Shown in pieces: positions 15,825-25,554 of a stretch of 39,711 bases of DNA; the first letter of the stretch is position 1, and every line of letters starts with the position of its first letter. Both the position numbers and the translations under genes were made by a program. Source of the DNA: an uncultured Planctomycetales bacterium (lineage in GTDB: Bacteria; Omnitrophota; Gorgyraeia; Zapsychrales; JANLHA01); assembly GCA_964574575.1 (NCBI GenBank), contig CAZNNZ010000003.1, forward strand, positions 1 through 39,711. Direction: 5' to 3'. The notes under the pieces were generated by a model. That model ran no database searches. It was not told where the DNA came from and saw only the letters and a list, made by a program, of their open reading frames with translations.

Positions 15825-17602
15825 GGTACACCTCCTTTAATTTCGAAAGGCCGAAATGGCCGTCCGTCTTCATACATGCTCCAGTTAAAAAATTCAATCA
15901 CATTTAAACGCAAACCGTGTACAACACAACTCATAATCGACAAAATAAGATTCATCACATGACCAAAAAGAAGAATCAATACACCAAAAATAATCCCCCC
16001 AATTCCGGGAACTCCATCCATAGACTGTTTGGCCAAACTATTAAACGTTGCCCCCAACGAAGCGCCAGCCAAACCTAAAGCAAAAAGTCTTAAATAACTT
16101 AAAACATCGCCGAAAGCTGAGCTTAAACGAGTCAAAGAAGAAATCCCCCCAAAGATTCGTTTAAAAATATTCTTGTTCGGGGACGCGAAAAAAGTAAGCA
16201 TCAAAGCGCCTGCTGCTGCGGTCCAAATTCCAATCATTTTAATCATTGCCGTTGAGGGATCTTTCGATCCTAAAGCCATAACAAATCCGCCCACAATAAT
16301 GGCCAGCCATCCTAACGGGACAAAAGCTTCAGTGGACTTGCGTTTGCGCCACGCATCCGCAATATTCGCCAGAGAAAGATGAAAAACACCAATCGATAAA
16401 GAAATAAGCATCATCATCGATGAATTATTCATATCAAGAATTTTGAAATTTCTTAAAAACGATCCCACAGCCGGTTCAACGCCAAAATAACTTCCCACCA
16501 TAATTCCCCAGACAACCGAGGCCCCCAAAATCGCGGCCAGCAAATTGCGCATCCGTTTGCCGCCTTCGTTCTGACTCATCTTTTTCCATTTCAAAGCCAA
16601 AAAAATCGACATGAGCAATGCATAACCAGCGTCTGACAAGATCATCGCAAAGAAAATAACAAACGAAATAAAAACGACTGCCGACGGATCCCACATCCGA
16701 TAACCCGGTGTCATATAAAACGTGACCAAATCGGCACCACCGGCTAGAAGCGGAGAATTTTCAAGAAGTGTCGGAACAGCTTCATTCGCATCCGGCTCGC
16801 GCTCAGATAAAGCCGCATGAAAATCCTTGGCGGATTGACGTAAAGCTTCAAGATTTTTTTTGGGCACCCAAGCTTGCAGAGCAAATAATTGTTCTCGATC
16901 GAGCGTCTGTTGACCTACTTCGGTGCGCAGCGCCTGATTTTCAAGCAGAAAAATATTATGATGATAAAGCTTGCCCCAGCGACTGAGCTTACGCCTTTTA
17001 TCGCTTAAGTCATACAATTCTTCTTCAACCTCATCAAGCCGATTTTCTAATTCAGATAAAGATTTCGAACCCGTATGAACTCTTTCGACCGGCATATCCT
17101 GCGGTTCATCTTTTGCAACGACGACAACATAAGTGAAACGATCATCTTTTTTAATAATTTTCCATACACCGGGACGCGAAAAAACAGCCTTAATGTCCTT
17201 ATTGGGAACCACATAAAACCAAAACCGTAAACCATTCATCTCTTCAAGCGGGGCAAACACAAAAGACCCCCAAGGCTTAAGCGCCTCAATGCGGCTGACA
17301 AGAAAATCCTTTTCTTCATTGCGACGGTCTATCGTCTCTCGCAACTCAAGCGCCTCTTTCTCAATAGCAATAGCATCAAATTTTTCAAGATCATTGACTT
17401 GCCGCGGCTTAAGAGGAGTATCTTCAAGAAAATGCAACACATCGTGCGCCTGCACAGTAGGCCCGGCGACTTCTCTTAACGCCGCTTCGCGAGCTACCGG
17501 AATAATTTGCAGGCAACCCATGGATTGCAAAACTTCAAGAGTCTTTTCCTTATCTCTCGACAATCCGCACCAGATAATTTTACTTAAAGGAAGTATGCTC
17601 AT
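15812..17602 (-). CDS. atpI: V-type ATPase subunit I (membrane a-subunit)
   Basis: About 597 aa. A soluble N-terminal half with coiled-coil segments is followed by multiple TM helices and the conserved arginine helix (VVHGLRLNVIEFFN). I prefer the ATG at 17602 (MSILPLSKIIWCG) over the track's GTG at 17608. Confidence 0.9.
   Translation of the reverse strand: MSILPLSKIIWCGLSRDKEKTLEVLQSMGCLQIIPVAREAALREVAGPTVQAHDVLHFLEDTPLKPRQVNDLEKFDAIAIEKEALELRETIDRRNEEKDFLVSRIEALKPWGSFVFAPLEEMNGLRFWFYVVPNKDIKAVFSRPGVWKIIKKDDRFTYVVVVAKDEPQDMPVERVHTGSKSLSELENRLDEVEEELYDLSDKRRKLSRWGKLYHHNIFLLENQALRTEVGQQTLDREQLFALQAWVPKKNLEALRQSAKDFHAALSEREPDANEAVPTLLENSPLLAGGADLVTFYMTPGYRMWDPSAVVFISFVIFFAMILSDAGYALLMSIFLALKWKKMSQNEGGKRMRNLLAAILGASVVWGIMVGSYFGVEPAVGSFLRNFKILDMNNSSMMMLISLSIGVFHLSLANIADAWRKRKSTEAFVPLGWLAIIVGGFVMALGSKDPSTAMIKMIGIWTAAAGALMLTFFASPNKNIFKRIFGGISSLTRLSSAFGDVLSYLRLFALGLAGASLGATFNSLAKQSMDGVPGIGGIIFGVLILLFGHVMNLILSIMSCVVHGLRLNVIEFFNWSMYEDGRPFRPFEIKGGVPWNK
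15831..15836 (-). promoter_or_regulatory. Shine-Dalgarno (AGGAGG) for the TTG start of atpK, embedded in the 3' end of atpI
   Basis: Plus-strand cctcct at 15831-15836 is AGGAGG on the minus strand, 6 nt upstream of the TTG at 15824..15822. Confidence 0.55.
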
Positions 17603-17656
17603 AGGCACTCACTTCTAACTGAAACATCGGTTGATCAAATAATTATTAATACAGTT

Positions 17657-19798
17657 CTAAAGTTTATATTCCCCTGCATCGATAACACGCAAAACGACCA
17701 TAGACCTTGCACTCAAAGGCAACTGCTCTACTTCGCCAATATTCTGAGGATGAGCTTTTCCATCGACGGAATTACAGATAAGTTCCCATTTAAATTCTCT
17801 GGCCCTTTGACCTAATTTAAATTTTACAGGCTCATGACTTGCATTAAAAAGAATTAAAAATGAATCGCCTTTAACGGGTTCCCCGGCTTCATCAACTTCA
17901 TCGATTTGATTGCCCACCAAACCAACCCCCAAGCAACGGACATGATCTGCTCGCCAGTCGTTTTCGGTCATTTCCGTTCCCTGTGGCATCAGCCAATAAA
18001 TATCTTTAACATCATTCCCATAAAGCGGCCGGCCATGAAAAAAAGTGCGTCGATGGAAAACTGGTTGCTCTTGCCTAAGCGCTATAATCTGACAAACAAA
18101 TTCCATAAAATCACGCTGATCCGCCGTCAAATCCCAATTTAGCCACGTTAGTTCATTGTCCTGACAGTACGTATTATTATTACCTTTTTGTGTTTGGCCA
18201 AACTCATCGCCCGCTAGCACCATCGGAATTCCCTGAGAAAAAAGCAATGTCAAAAGAAAATTTTTCCTTTGTTGCACGCGCAATTTATTGATCAATTCAT
18301 CCGAAGTCTCACCCTCTGCTCCACAATTCCAAGAAAGGTTTCCATCCGTGCCATCACGATTATTCTCTCCATTGGCTTCATTGTGTTTTTGATTATAACT
18401 GACCAAATCATTTAAAGTAAAACCATCATGCGCTGTCAAAAAATTGATACTCGCGTAGGGCTTTCTCCCATTCCAAGCATAAAGGTCACTGGAACCCGAA
18501 AACCGACTGGCAAATTCTCCAACAGTGCCGCCATCACCCTTCCAAAATTTTCGAATGCAATCACGGTATTTTCCATTCCACTCGGCCCAGCCAGCCGGAA
18601 AATTTCCGACCTGATAGCCACCAGCGCCAAGATCCCATGGCTCGGCGATCAGCTTAACTTGAGAAAGAATCGGATCTTGGTGAATAATATCAAAAAAAGC
18701 CCCTAATTTATCAACATCATAAAGTTCTCGAGCTAAAGTACTGGCAAGGTCAAAACGAAATCCATCGACGTGCATTTGAGTAACCCAATAACGCAAACTA
18801 TCCATAATAAGTTGCAAAACACGCGGATGCTGAACATTCAGTGAATTACCGCACCCCGTAAAATCGACATACGACCGCCCATCTTGCGCAACCCTGTAAT
18901 AAGCCGTATTATCAATGCCTCGCATAGATAAAGTCGGCCCAAACTGATTGCCTTCCGCTGTATGGTTGTACACAACATCAAGAATCACTTCAAGACCATT
19001 GGCATGAAGAGTTTTTACCATGGATTTAAATTCATTAACAGCCCCTTGCGATCCACAAGCTGAATAACGAAAATGCGGCGCAAAAAAACCTAAAGTGTTA
19101 TACCCCCAATAATTCACAAGATTTTTTTCAATAAGAAAATAGTCATCAATCGAAAAATGAACCGGCAAAAGTTCAACAGCGGTTATCCCTAAGTCTTTCA
19201 AATGTTTAATGGCTGGCGGTGTCGCCAATCCCGCATATGTTCCACGGAGCTTTTGCACAACCTGCGGATGGCGCATAGTAAAACCTTTAACATGCATTTC
19301 ATAAATCACAGTTTTATGCCAAGGAATGTTAAGTAAGCGATCTTGGCCCCAGTCAAAATCATTTTCAATAACACGAGCCAATGGGGCAAAAGCCGAATTA
19401 TCTTGCTCATTAAAAGAAAGATCATCACGGTTTGAATCCGCATGATAACCAAAAAGTGAGGCATCCCAAGTTAATGGACGACCAATAGATTTGGCATATG
19501 GATCCAATAAAATTTTATTGGGATTAAACCTATGTCCTTTCTGCGGCTCATAAGGACCATGGACACGATATCCATAAAGTTGCCCAACTTTGACCTGAGG
19601 GATATAACAATGCCAGACCTGATTGGTATTTTCCTTAATCTCAATACGTTGTGTTTCTTTGACCGTATTGCCGTCGGAATCAAAAAGGCACAGTTCGACT
19701 TTTGTCGCATTCCCAGAGAATAAGGCAAAATTGACACCTTGCCCATTCCAAGTGGCACCCAAAGGATACGCTGATCCGGGACAAATGCGCATAACCAT
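17657..19798 (-). CDS. glgX: Glycogen debranching enzyme (GH13, GlgX type)
   Basis: N-terminus GSAYPLGATWNGQGVNFALFSGNATKVELCLFD, plus the GH13 catalytic blocks VILDVVYNHTAEG, GFRFDLASTLAR, IAEPWD and FLTAHDGFTLNDLVSY. Confidence 0.9.
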   Translation of the reverse strand: MVMRICPGSAYPLGATWNGQGVNFALFSGNATKVELCLFDSDGNTVKETQRIEIKENTNQVWHCYIPQVKVGQLYGYRVHGPYEPQKGHRFNPNKILLDPYAKSIGRPLTWDASLFGYHADSNRDDLSFNEQDNSAFAPLARVIENDFDWGQDRLLNIPWHKTVIYEMHVKGFTMRHPQVVQKLRGTYAGLATPPAIKHLKDLGITAVELLPVHFSIDDYFLIEKNLVNYWGYNTLGFFAPHFRYSACGSQGAVNEFKSMVKTLHANGLEVILDVVYNHTAEGNQFGPTLSMRGIDNTAYYRVAQDGRSYVDFTGCGNSLNVQHPRVLQLIMDSLRYWVTQMHVDGFRFDLASTLARELYDVDKLGAFFDIIHQDPILSQVKLIAEPWDLGAGGYQVGNFPAGWAEWNGKYRDCIRKFWKGDGGTVGEFASRFSGSSDLYAWNGRKPYASINFLTAHDGFTLNDLVSYNQKHNEANGENNRDGTDGNLSWNCGAEGETSDELINKLRVQQRKNFLLTLLFSQGIPMVLAGDEFGQTQKGNNNTYCQDNELTWLNWDLTADQRDFMEFVCQIIALRQEQPVFHRRTFFHGRPLYGNDVKDIYWLMPQGTEMTENDWRADHVRCLGVGLVGNQIDEVDEAGEPVKGDSFLILFNASHEPVKFKLGQRAREFKWELICNSVDGKAHPQNIGEVEQLPLSARSMVVLRVIDAGEYKL

Positions 19799-19821
19799 TT
19801 TACCTTTCCAAAATTAATCTC

Positions 19822-21300
19822 TCACCTGTGGTGAGCAGCATCAAAATCATTTTTACGAACTTTCTCTGATCTAGGATGCGTTCGCAAGAATTTGAGACTA
19901 TAATCTTCATCGGGACGAATATCCGAAGGTCCCGATACCAAAATAACCCCATCGCCTGTCATTTGCGCTTTTTTCATCCAAGACAAAACAAAATCCGAAA
20001 CATTTTCGGGGAAGCTTTCGACTTCAACAGGATTAACACCATAAGAAAAATGCAACATTTGACACACCACAGATCTTGTCGAAAAAGCGATGATCCAAAC
20101 CGAAGATTTAAGACGCGAAATCATCCGCGCGGTGTCCCCATTTTGTGTCGGCACAAAAACAGCAGAGAACGGCGCCGTTTGCAATGCCTTTTGAACAACA
20201 GAAGCAATCGCTTCAGCAACTTTAAAAGACTTTTGCGGCTGACCATCATTTTTAACATCTCGTAAAGGATCGACTGAACGGTGATTTTCAGTAAATGACG
20301 CAATTTCACCTAGCATCATAACGGCTTCTTTCGGATACTTCCCAATCGCCGACTCTGCCGAAAGCATAACGCAATCCGTTCCGTCTAAAATCGCGTTGGC
20401 AACATCCGTGGCTTCCGCACGCGTGGGTAAACGGCTGGACACCATCGATTCCAACATTTGTGTGGCCACAATAACCGGCTTGCCGCTTTGATTGCATTTG
20501 AGAATCAAGCGCTTTTGTATCACCGCAATTTCTTGAATAGGAACCTCAACGCCTAAATCCCCACGAGCCACCATAATCCCATCCGCGGCACTAAGAATCT
20601 CATCAATATGATTCAATGCCCCTGCCCGTTCGATTTTGGCAATGATCATGACATTTTTGCCGATCGCATGAGCCACTTCTCGCACAGCTTGAATATCCGC
20701 AGCTCTCTCGACAAAAGATTGACTGACAGCATCAACGCCATGCTCTAGAGCAAAAACAAGACAGTCCCTATCATGATCGGTAAATGCACTGATCCCCAAA
20801 TTAATCCCGGGAAGACTAAGTCCTTTTCGAGAACGAAGTTCTCCACCAACTAAAACCGTGCAAATAACTTCTTGACCGTCGATTCGATTAACCTGCAAAT
20901 GAACCAAACCATCGTTAAGATAAAGTTTGTCGCCGGGCTTGACAACTTGCGGCAAAGTTTTAAAAGAGACAGAAACACGCTGACTGTTACCCACAATATC
21001 TTCTGTCGTTAATATAAACGTCGAGCCACTTTCCAAATCAATCGATTTAGTGTCAATCTCTCCAATTCGCATTTTAGGACCCGGAAGATCTGCCATAATA
21101 GCGATACGCTTACCCGTGGCAAGTTCTGCCGCTCGAATAAGAGTGATCGTTTCAGCATGCGCATCGAATTGACCATGCGAAAAATTAAGTCGCGCAACAT
21201 TAACGCCCGCTAAAATAAGCTGTTTAATCATCTCAGACGAATTGGAAGCCGGCCCGATAGTGGCCACGATCTTTGTTTTATGATTAGCCAACTGCGACAT
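19822..21300 (-). CDS. pyk: Pyruvate kinase
   Basis: KTKIVATIGPASNS, NVARLNFSHG, IIAKIERAGAL, MVARGDLGVEVP and ATQMLESM are canonical pyruvate kinase blocks. 492 aa. Confidence 0.95.
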   Translation of the reverse strand: MSQLANHKTKIVATIGPASNSSEMIKQLILAGVNVARLNFSHGQFDAHAETITLIRAAELATGKRIAIMADLPGPKMRIGEIDTKSIDLESGSTFILTTEDIVGNSQRVSVSFKTLPQVVKPGDKLYLNDGLVHLQVNRIDGQEVICTVLVGGELRSRKGLSLPGINLGISAFTDHDRDCLVFALEHGVDAVSQSFVERAADIQAVREVAHAIGKNVMIIAKIERAGALNHIDEILSAADGIMVARGDLGVEVPIQEIAVIQKRLILKCNQSGKPVIVATQMLESMVSSRLPTRAEATDVANAILDGTDCVMLSAESAIGKYPKEAVMMLGEIASFTENHRSVDPLRDVKNDGQPQKSFKVAEAIASVVQKALQTAPFSAVFVPTQNGDTARMISRLKSSVWIIAFSTRSVVCQMLHFSYGVNPVEVESFPENVSDFVLSWMKKAQMTGDGVILVSGPSDIRPDEDYSLKFLRTHPRSEKVRKNDFDAAHHR

Positions 21301-21330
21301 TTTATCCTCTTGTTCTTTCTAAAAATCGAA

Positions 21331-22332
21331 TCATTCCAACACTGTTCCTTTAATAAAAGGCTGACCCTGCGTTAAATTCACAATATTAGTCACCGTCATG
21401 CGCGAAATATCAGCTAAAGCTTCCGCCGTTAAAAATGCCTGATGCGAGGTAACAATAACATTAGGAAATGTAAGCAAACGCGACAATTCATCATCCTGCA
21501 AAACCAAACCTGAAAGGTCTTCAAAGAAAACCCCTTCTTCTTCTTCATACACATCCAGAGCAACCCCACCCAACTTTCCTGTTTTAAGCGCATCAATTAA
21601 AGCCGCCGTATCAACCAACTTTCCGCGACTGACATTAATAAGAATCGCGCCGGGCTTCATCAAGTCGATTGTTTCCCGACGAACAACGAATTTTGTCTCA
21701 GTAGTTAAAGGAAGATGCAAAGACACGACATCGCTTTCTCGGGCCAATGTTTTAGCGTCAACATATTCTGCCCCGCATTTTTTTGCCCAATCTTCCTGCT
21801 TAAATACATCAAAAACAAGCAATTTCATACCAAATCCTTTAAGGATCTCGGCGGTAATACGCCCGATTCTTCCTGTCCCCAAAATGCCCGCAGTCTTGCC
21901 ATGCAAATCCATTCCGACAAGGCCATTGAGAGAAAAATTCTGATCCCGGACACGGTTGTAAGCCTTATGAATTTTTCGATTAAGTGTCAATAAAAGTGCG
22001 ACGGCGTGTTCGGCAACAGCATAGGGTGAATATTCGGTAGCCCTTGTGACGGCAATCTGCAATTCTTTGGCCGCGCCGATATCAACATTATTAAATCCTG
22101 TGCAGCGCAAAACGACAAGCTTAACACCACACTTAGCCAAAATTTCAAGACAAGAGCGGTCTACTTTATCATTCACAAAAACGCAAACGACTTGAGACCC
22201 TTGCGCCGACAAAGCCGTTTCGGGCGTCAAACGAAAATCCAAAAAACGCCACTCAATCTCTGAATTTAAAGCCGCACTCTCAAGCGAATCCCTATCGTAA
22301 GTTTTTGTATCGTAAACACTAACTGTTATCAT
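21331..22332 (-). CDS. ldhA: D-lactate dehydrogenase / D-isomer-specific 2-hydroxyacid dehydrogenase (LdhA-like)
   Basis: MITVSVYDTKTYDRDSLE...WRFLDFRLTPETA parallels the E. coli LdhA N-terminus. The NAD site is GILGTGRIGRITA and the catalytic region is NVSRGKLVD...TSHQAFLT. I use the ATG at 22332, which forms an ATGA overlap with the glgP stop, rather than the track's upstream start at 22371 inside glgP. Confidence 0.85.
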   Translation of the reverse strand: MITVSVYDTKTYDRDSLESAALNSEIEWRFLDFRLTPETALSAQGSQVVCVFVNDKVDRSCLEILAKCGVKLVVLRCTGFNNVDIGAAKELQIAVTRATEYSPYAVAEHAVALLLTLNRKIHKAYNRVRDQNFSLNGLVGMDLHGKTAGILGTGRIGRITAEILKGFGMKLLVFDVFKQEDWAKKCGAEYVDAKTLARESDVVSLHLPLTTETKFVVRRETIDLMKPGAILINVSRGKLVDTAALIDALKTGKLGGVALDVYEEEEGVFFEDLSGLVLQDDELSRLLTFPNVIVTSHQAFLTAEALADISRMTVTNIVNLTQGQPFIKGTVLE

Positions 22333-24881
22333 AACGATGCTCTTTGGTTCTGAACTGGCTTGACATTCCAAATCTTTTGCGCATACTCACTGATCGAACG
22401 ATCTGATGAGAACTTTCCACTGCGCGCGACATTTAAAATAGACATCTTGGCCCACTTTTTTTGATCTTGATAAGCCCCAGAAACTTTCTCCTGACATGCA
22501 AAATAAGAAGAAAAATCGGCACAAACAAGATACTCATCATGCGACGAAAGTGAATTGACTAAAGAACCAAAAACTTCGCGGTCCCCTTTAGAGAAAAATC
22601 CACAACGAATCTGTTCAACGGCTTCTTTTAATTGATCATTGGCATTGATATAATCCCCCGGACGATACCCCGAGGATTTAAGACGCTCCACTTCTTGCAC
22701 AGTCAAACCAAAGAGAAAGAAGTTTTCTTTTCCAACTTCTTCCATAATTTCGACATTAGCGCCATCAAGAGTTCCGATCGTCATAGCACCGTTAAGCGCA
22801 AACTTCATATTCCCAGTTCCCGAAGCTTCCTTACCAGCCGTCGAAATTTGTTCAGAAAGTTCCGCTCCCGGATAAATTACCTGACCATTCGTAACATTAA
22901 AATCCGGGAAATAAACAACCTTAAGCTTTCCATTTATCGATCGGTCATTATTGACAACGTCCGCAATCGATGTAATCAATTTGATCATACGTTTAGCCAT
23001 AAAATATCCAGGAGCCGCTTTACCGCCAAAGATGACTGTTCTGGGAGTTTTAACGGACTGAGGATCACGTTTCAAACGATTGTACAAAGCAATCACATGC
23101 AGCGCGTTAAGATGCTGTCGCTTGTATTCATGAATTCGTTTGACCTGAACATCAAAAAGTGTTGTTGGGTCAATCGTAAGCCCGGTTTTATGCTTAATCA
23201 AATTTCCCAAACGGCTTTTATTTTCTAATTTAATTTTCATCCAGCGCTGACTAAAAGAAGCATCGTCGGCAAAGCGTTCAAGTTTACGCAAGTCCTCCCA
23301 ACGAATGAGCCATCCGTCGCCGATTGCATCCGTAATAAGCGCCGTCAGACTAGGATTGCTCAAAGCCATCCACCGACGCAATGTCACGCCATTGGTGATA
23401 TTAAGAAACCGCTGCGGATAAATTTTATAAAAATCAGCTAATACGGTTTTTTTGAGCAATTCACTGTGAAGTGCGGCAACACCATTGATCGCATGACTCC
23501 CCGCCGAGGCAAGGTGAGCCATACGGACAAACTTAGGTTGAGTTTCATCAATCAGCGATAAACGCGAGACTATTGCTTGATCCTCTGGAAATTTGGCTTG
23601 GACTTCAGTTAAAAAGCGTCGGTTGATCTCATAAATAATTTCCAAATGTCTTGGGAGCAAAGATTGAAATAGCGGCACAGACCATTTTTCTAAAGCTTCA
23701 GATAATAAAGTGTGATTTGTGTAAGCAAAGCTGGCACACGTTATTTTCCATGCCACGTCCCAGTCTAGCTGTTCTTCATCGACAAGAATACGCATCAATT
23801 CCGCAACGCCGATGGACGGATGAGTGTCATTAAGCTGAATCGCAAAAGTTTCATGGAAACGGTCTAAAGAAAGCCCGCGCAGACGAAGCATCCGCAGCAT
23901 GTCCTGGATAGAACAAGAAACAAAGAAATATTGCTGGGCCAAACGCAGTTTTTTGCCAACTTCGGGCTCATCGTTGGGATATAAAACTTTTGAAATTGTT
24001 TCGGAAACGATCTTTTCATCGACAGCTTTATAATAATCGCCGGTATTGAATGCTTCAAAATTAAAAGACTCAACCGCCTGCGCGCTCCATAAGCGTAAAA
24101 TATTAACCATGTCCCCGCCATAACTTGGCACCGGCGTATCGTAAGCATTACCCTTAATTATCCGATTAGGAATCCAACGAACACGATCGTGGCCCTTTTC
24201 ATCTTTTTCAATTTGCGTATGCCCACCTAACTTAACTTCATAACAAATTTCTGGCCTTGCAAATTCCCAAGGATTTCCCAACCGCAACCATTTATCAGTT
24301 TTTTCAACCTGCCAGCCATCTTTTATTTCCTGATCAAATATCCCAAATTCGTAACGAATGCCATAGCCCATCGCAAGGATTTGCAGCGTCGAAAGCGAGT
24401 CCATATAACAAGCGGCCAAACGCCCAAGCCCGCCATTACCCAAACCGGGTTCTTCTTCCTGTTTTAAAAGCGTATCCAAATCAATCTTATATTTATCCTT
24501 AAATAACTCAACAGCCTCTTTGGCTGCATCATAAATTCCCAGATTAATAAGAGCATTCCCAAGATGCGGGCCCATCAAAAATTCGGCAGAAAGATAACTG
24601 ACGACTTTTACTTTTTTGTCATCGGAAAGACGCTTTAAAGTTTTACTCCATCTTTCCATCATCAAATCGCGGCTGCTATAAGCTAGTGCTAAATACCAAT
24701 CATTAACCGTCGCAAGTTCAACAGTACGCCCTAATGTGGAAAGCAAATGATTCTCAATTGCTTGCTTAATGGATGCGGCAGTCGCGGCAGGCTGGATTTT
24801 TAATGCCAGTGATGGGGTTGCTTTTTTTTCAACAGAAACACTTTTTTCTTTAGGCGCAACAGATAAAATCTTTGGCGACAT
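22329..24881 (-). CDS. glgP: Glycogen (alpha-glucan) phosphorylase
   Basis: 850 aa. PLP-lysine block EASGTGNMKFALNGAMTIGTLDGANVE, plus GNGGLGRLAACYMDS and RIHEYKRQ, are classic GT35 signatures. Confidence 0.95.
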   Translation of the reverse strand: MSPKILSVAPKEKSVSVEKKATPSLALKIQPAATAASIKQAIENHLLSTLGRTVELATVNDWYLALAYSSRDLMMERWSKTLKRLSDDKKVKVVSYLSAEFLMGPHLGNALINLGIYDAAKEAVELFKDKYKIDLDTLLKQEEEPGLGNGGLGRLAACYMDSLSTLQILAMGYGIRYEFGIFDQEIKDGWQVEKTDKWLRLGNPWEFARPEICYEVKLGGHTQIEKDEKGHDRVRWIPNRIIKGNAYDTPVPSYGGDMVNILRLWSAQAVESFNFEAFNTGDYYKAVDEKIVSETISKVLYPNDEPEVGKKLRLAQQYFFVSCSIQDMLRMLRLRGLSLDRFHETFAIQLNDTHPSIGVAELMRILVDEEQLDWDVAWKITCASFAYTNHTLLSEALEKWSVPLFQSLLPRHLEIIYEINRRFLTEVQAKFPEDQAIVSRLSLIDETQPKFVRMAHLASAGSHAINGVAALHSELLKKTVLADFYKIYPQRFLNITNGVTLRRWMALSNPSLTALITDAIGDGWLIRWEDLRKLERFADDASFSQRWMKIKLENKSRLGNLIKHKTGLTIDPTTLFDVQVKRIHEYKRQHLNALHVIALYNRLKRDPQSVKTPRTVIFGGKAAPGYFMAKRMIKLITSIADVVNNDRSINGKLKVVYFPDFNVTNGQVIYPGAELSEQISTAGKEASGTGNMKFALNGAMTIGTLDGANVEIMEEVGKENFFLFGLTVQEVERLKSSGYRPGDYINANDQLKEAVEQIRCGFFSKGDREVFGSLVNSLSSHDEYLVCADFSSYFACQEKVSGAYQDQKKWAKMSILNVARSGKFSSDRSISEYAQKIWNVKPVQNQRASL

Positions 24882-24932
24882 TGACAGCCTCCTGAAATTT
24901 AAAACGTTTGCTTCAATATCAATCAGACGATT

Positions 24933-25547
24933 TTAAACACTCTCTTCTACTAGAGCGGCCTGATTTTTTTGTTTCGAAATCTTAGAACGAACAACCGCCG
25001 AACGTTCAGCATCACCTAAAAATATCTGTATACGTGAAATAGTTTCTTTACATTCAGGAATCAAAATTTTTTCAAAAAGATTGACCTTCTGAGTAATACG
25101 GCGTAATCCCACTTCCAAACGCTCAACCTGAATCTTTGAAGCCTCTTGCTGAGCTTTTAACATCGCCATTTGCTTTAATTTTTCAACCACATCATCAACC
25201 CAATGGCGCCGAACAAGCATCGAATACGGGGCGACTTCACAAATCACTTCATCAACAACAGGAATTCTGATTCCGACGATATTGTCTTCACGCGATTTAA
25301 CTTCCTTAACTGTGACCAATCCTGAAAGATTGATTTCGGGATTAGCTATCATAGGAAGTTTTTTACCGACATCCTCCATCAAAGCCTTGACCGCTGTAGT
25401 TGATTTTTCGTATTTGATTTTGGCCTTGGCCAACTCGCCAGTGAGCTGTTGACGCTTAAGATCCAATGACGGCAAAAGTCCTTTATAGAGCTTCATTTGC
25501 TCACGGACTTTTTGTAGAGAACTTTTACTAAATGAAATCTTTGCCAT
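24933..25547 (-). CDS. atpD: V-type ATPase subunit D (central stalk)
   Basis: MAKISFSKSSLQKVREQMKLYKGLLPSLDLKRQQL... and the C-terminal ITQKVNLFEKILIPECKETISRIQIFLGDAERSAVVRSK are typical D-subunit coiled-coil ends. The ATG at 25547 lies 7 nt after the atpB stop. The longer track start at 25619 overlaps atpB and adds a non-conserved basic leader. Confidence 0.85.
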   Translation of the reverse strand: MAKISFSKSSLQKVREQMKLYKGLLPSLDLKRQQLTGELAKAKIKYEKSTTAVKALMEDVGKKLPMIANPEINLSGLVTVKEVKSREDNIVGIRIPVVDEVICEVAPYSMLVRRHWVDDVVEKLKQMAMLKAQQEASKIQVERLEVGLRRITQKVNLFEKILIPECKETISRIQIFLGDAERSAVVRSKISKQKNQAALVEESV

Positions 25548-25554
25548 ATGCTTA

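Noticed and set aside
21331-22371. Longer track-defined starts for ldhA (22371), atpD (25619), the MFP (31256), DUF2950 (8535) and atpI (17608)
   Set aside because: The extensions overlap upstream genes or add non-conserved leaders. Internal ATGs at 22332, 25547, 31223, 8499 and 17602 have SD-like sequences and match the expected family N-termini.
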